In this document: positions 61,080-64,000 of the stretch, in pieces | Layout: every line of letters begins with the position of its first letter | Position numbering within the stretch: the stretch's first letter is position 1 | The notes under the pieces: generated by a model | The model's input: only the letters and a program-made list of their open reading frames with translations | The model's database searches: none | What the model was told of the DNA's origin: nothing | Position numbers and translations under genes: made by a program | Assembly: GCF_001194135.2 (NCBI RefSeq) | Contig: NC_068983.1 | Location: forward strand, 100,083,331 to 100,147,330 | Direction of reading: 5' to 3' | Origin: Octopus bimaculoides | Taxonomy: Eukaryota | DNA length: 64,000 bases

Positions 61080-62493
61080 TGTAATGTTATTGTGGTAGGA
61101 GGAACCCAGTAAAGAAATACATGGAACAAAGGTGATAACTTTAAATAGTTTATTGTCACACGTATATATACACAAGCTGAATGGAAGTGGTTGATGGATA
61201 TTTATTCCTATATCTACATGCAACTGCGTGGGTTGTATGTTAGCTGTTAACCCTGGTGAGGAAAGCTCGCGGACAGCGATATGTTAGAACCAGTGCAGTG
61301 CGTTGGTGCTGAGTAGATGTTGTTGACGACGTTGGTGAGAGACATGCTGGGGGCGACGAAGATGGAGGTCGCTGCAATGTGGTTAGTGGTTAGACCTTAG
61401 AAGGTCGGGAACCAACAAACACTGAGACTAGAAGGAGGTGAGCTTTTATAGCTGATGGTAGACTCAAATGTTGTTTGAAACAGACTGTCTCACGTGACTT
61501 ATTTGAAGGCTTGGATCATTTATGTTTTATGTAGTGTTTTTGGTACCGAAACACTTTCAAACTTCGTATACTTGTATATTTTGTGTTATAGAACAGATAA
61601 AAATTTTTGTATTCGAAGTTATTTCATGTAAAAAAAAAATTGTCGTATTTCGGTAATTTCAACCAATCACTGATGTCTATTGAGGTGAAAACAATTACTG
61701 CCGTGGCATGTAAACAACATGTTCTAACGGTGTCATGGGATCTTTTCCCTTGAATAAAATTAGTGCCGTAGTTTGTCAACAACAACTATCCGTGGTACTG
61801 TTATTTATGACATCGTTCGTGCGTTTGTACTGGTTTTAGCTTTAGGCTTTTAGGGTTAGGGTTCGGGTTTTAGAGTTAGGGGTAGTTTTAGGGTTACGGT
61901 TAGAGTTATGATTATTTTTGCCATAACCTCACTCATAACCCTAACCCTAACCCGAGCCCGAACCCTAAAACTCTAACCCTAACTCTAAAACCCGAATCCT
62001 AACCCTAAAACCCTAAACCCTTACTAGAGAATAATGATATAATTAAACAAGGAATAACACTCTTGACACCGGCAAAAATTATTGTTTACAAAAACAGCAA
62101 TAACTGTATTCAGCTGAATAGACGTCAGTGATTGGTTGAAATTACAGAAATACGACAACTTTAACATGAAATAACTTGCGATGTACAATTTTTTGTTAAG
62201 AAGGCTAAGAGAAAAAGTTGTTTTATATGACACATTCTACCAGTATCCCAAGTTTGAAAGTGTTGCGTTAAGAAAACAAGTGGTGCCCGTCAAATCAGAA
62301 AGATCCGAAGGCTGTGATTGGTTGGGTTGCATACTGACGCGCGATAGAGTAAGAGAAAATTGCGCCAATACCAACCAATTAAAGTGGTAGACACAACGGG
62401 GTCCAAATCAGCGCCCAAAGGTTAGCTGTTACCTGCTACGTTCGTAAGTACTTATATATAATAGAGAGAGGAAGTTCACTAGAGTTCGCTAGA
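61080..62493 (-). mobile_element. Solo LTR copy 4, split by the foldback insertion
   Basis: 61200-61512 and 62307-62493 are collinear with LTR3 once the insert is removed. Confidence 0.8.
61513..62306. mobile_element. 794-bp palindromic (foldback) DNA transposon with central head-to-head telomeric arrays
   Basis: GGATC...GATCC termini; TSD GAAGGCT(T/G); homologous inverted arms; TTAGGG-type array at ~61836-61911 and CCCTAA-type array at ~61923-62021. Confidence 0.9.
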
Positions 62494-63439
62494 CATTCAT
62501 AACGACACTGTTTGCACTTTTGTAATTAAGTTCCGGTTGTCAATCTTATGCGGCCATATAAATTTCTTAACGCCAGTAACAGTTTATTTGCTCTTTCCAC
62601 AAGGCTGATTTATATACACATTAAATACATATTTATAATCACGCTCTATTACAATGACGTTGCAAAGATTGAAAGTACCTGAGGACAACTTCCTGTCTCC
62701 CCACCCTCTCTTTATGCCTCTGTTATGCTGGTACGTTTGCTAAGCTCGCGCACGCACACACACACCGCGTGCGCGCAAATATACGTATACATTAATCAAA
62801 GTATGTAGTATTATTACAACCAATCTTAGCAATTAGTTTCGCACTGGTTATTTAAACCCGGTAACAGTATGGTTGAGTAAAACCGCGTGTCCTTTTAATA
62901 ATCAGTGCAAAACCGATTGGTAAAATCAGCTGTAGTAGATGATTATAATATTGAATACTTCGTCTAATATACCCATTCTATTGACAAATATGTTAGTGCC
63001 TATTTTTGTGACTTACGCATTCTTAGATGACTGTGTGTAGTGTGTGAATGCATGCACGTACACACACACACACACACACACATACTTCCCATTCGTGCTG
63101 TTTGGTAATACATTTTGATAATACGTTTGTTCATTTCCACACGACAATGCAAACAACTTACAGGTAATAGGACCCGAAACTTAGCTAAGCTAGTTCTGTG
63201 TATGTTACTACTTATGTAACAAGCATCGCTCTGCTGTGAAACTTTCGTAGTCGTGTTTTACCTGTTTCATTCTTTAATTTCTTGGATTTTTATTCGCATT
63301 TTTAGCAACTTTAGTTGCTAAAACGTGAGTTGTCATCGTCAGCTTATAGAAATTTCTTTTGATTTCAGTATGGGACGAGGTGAATAACTTGCGATGTTAG
63401 TAAACTCGTTTTATCATATAGTCCACCTTTTGTTGTCTA

Positions 63440-63604
63440 CAGGCCAGCCCTAGGGTTCCTAGCGCCCCAGGCAAGCTGAACTTCGGCGTGCACGAGTTGA
63501 CGGTCGTGGAAATTTCCTTGTTTTTGTCACGCCCTCCTTGGCGCCTCCTAACACATGGCACACCGGACGACTGCACGAGTTACCGGTACCTTGAGCCGGC
63601 ACTG
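63440..63604. mobile_element. hAT-type MITE of the same family as 31755-31921
   Basis: Collinear homology; 8-bp flanks GTTGTCTA / GTAATCTA (6/8 match). Confidence 0.85.
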
Positions 63605-64000
63605 GTAATCTATAATAGCCGCATAAATCCTCGAAGTTTACTAACTTCTAACACTTGGATCCCTGGATTGTACTCTGTGTGCGTGTGTGTGTGTGTGCGC
63701 GCGCGCGCGCGTCTTGTGACTGTGTGCGTGAGTGCGTATGTGTGTGCGTTTATGTATGCATGTATGTATGTATAATAAAACATTTAACTTAGTAATCGAA
63801 CCCGGATCACTACATCCGATGCAAAAAAAAACAAAAAAAAATCTCAAGAATATGATCGTGATTCGCAAAAATATTACCGTCAAAGAAAAATCTGACCGTT
63901 CAAGATTTCGTGTGAAACCGGATCTAACTACAATTTCATCTTTGACGCGCTTTTTCTGACCAAGACCATCACTATATATTCAACGCACTTTAGACACTAT

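Noticed and set aside
61836-62021. Ancestral chromosome fusion site
   Set aside because: The arrays sit inside an element with its own termini and TSD, nested within an LTR, so they arrived by transposition. Reported as a mobile element instead.

Overview
Repeat-dense, AT-rich eukaryotic DNA from a draft assembly with about 10 N-gaps. It is probably an octopus genome; this is inferred from the recurrent tRNA-derived SINE families and the extreme microsatellite load, and no search was run. I find no intact protein-coding gene, operon or CRISPR array. Most ORFs in the supplied track are artefacts of microsatellites, N-runs or antisense repeat sequence. Supported content: a decayed Helitron (PIF1 helicase), a Tigger/pogo deletion derivative, mariner remnants, hAT/pogo/piggyBac-type MITEs (several with clean TSDs), three foldback elements, more than 25 SINE copies, LINE remnants (CR1/Jockey-like RT and an RLE-clade N-terminus), Penelope-like GIY-YIG remnants, a degenerate hammerhead-like motif and a YY1/NRF1 promoter-like motif cluster at about 47.1 kb. 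The 55-62.5 kb segment is the most unusual. It holds four copies of one ~1 kb LTR family, an intronless RidA pseudogene, a 28S rRNA fragment ending near the hidden-break region, and a 794-bp palindromic transposon carrying head-to-head (TTAGGG)n/(CCCTAA)n arrays. Coordinates were read by eye; ends described as approximate may be off by tens of bases.
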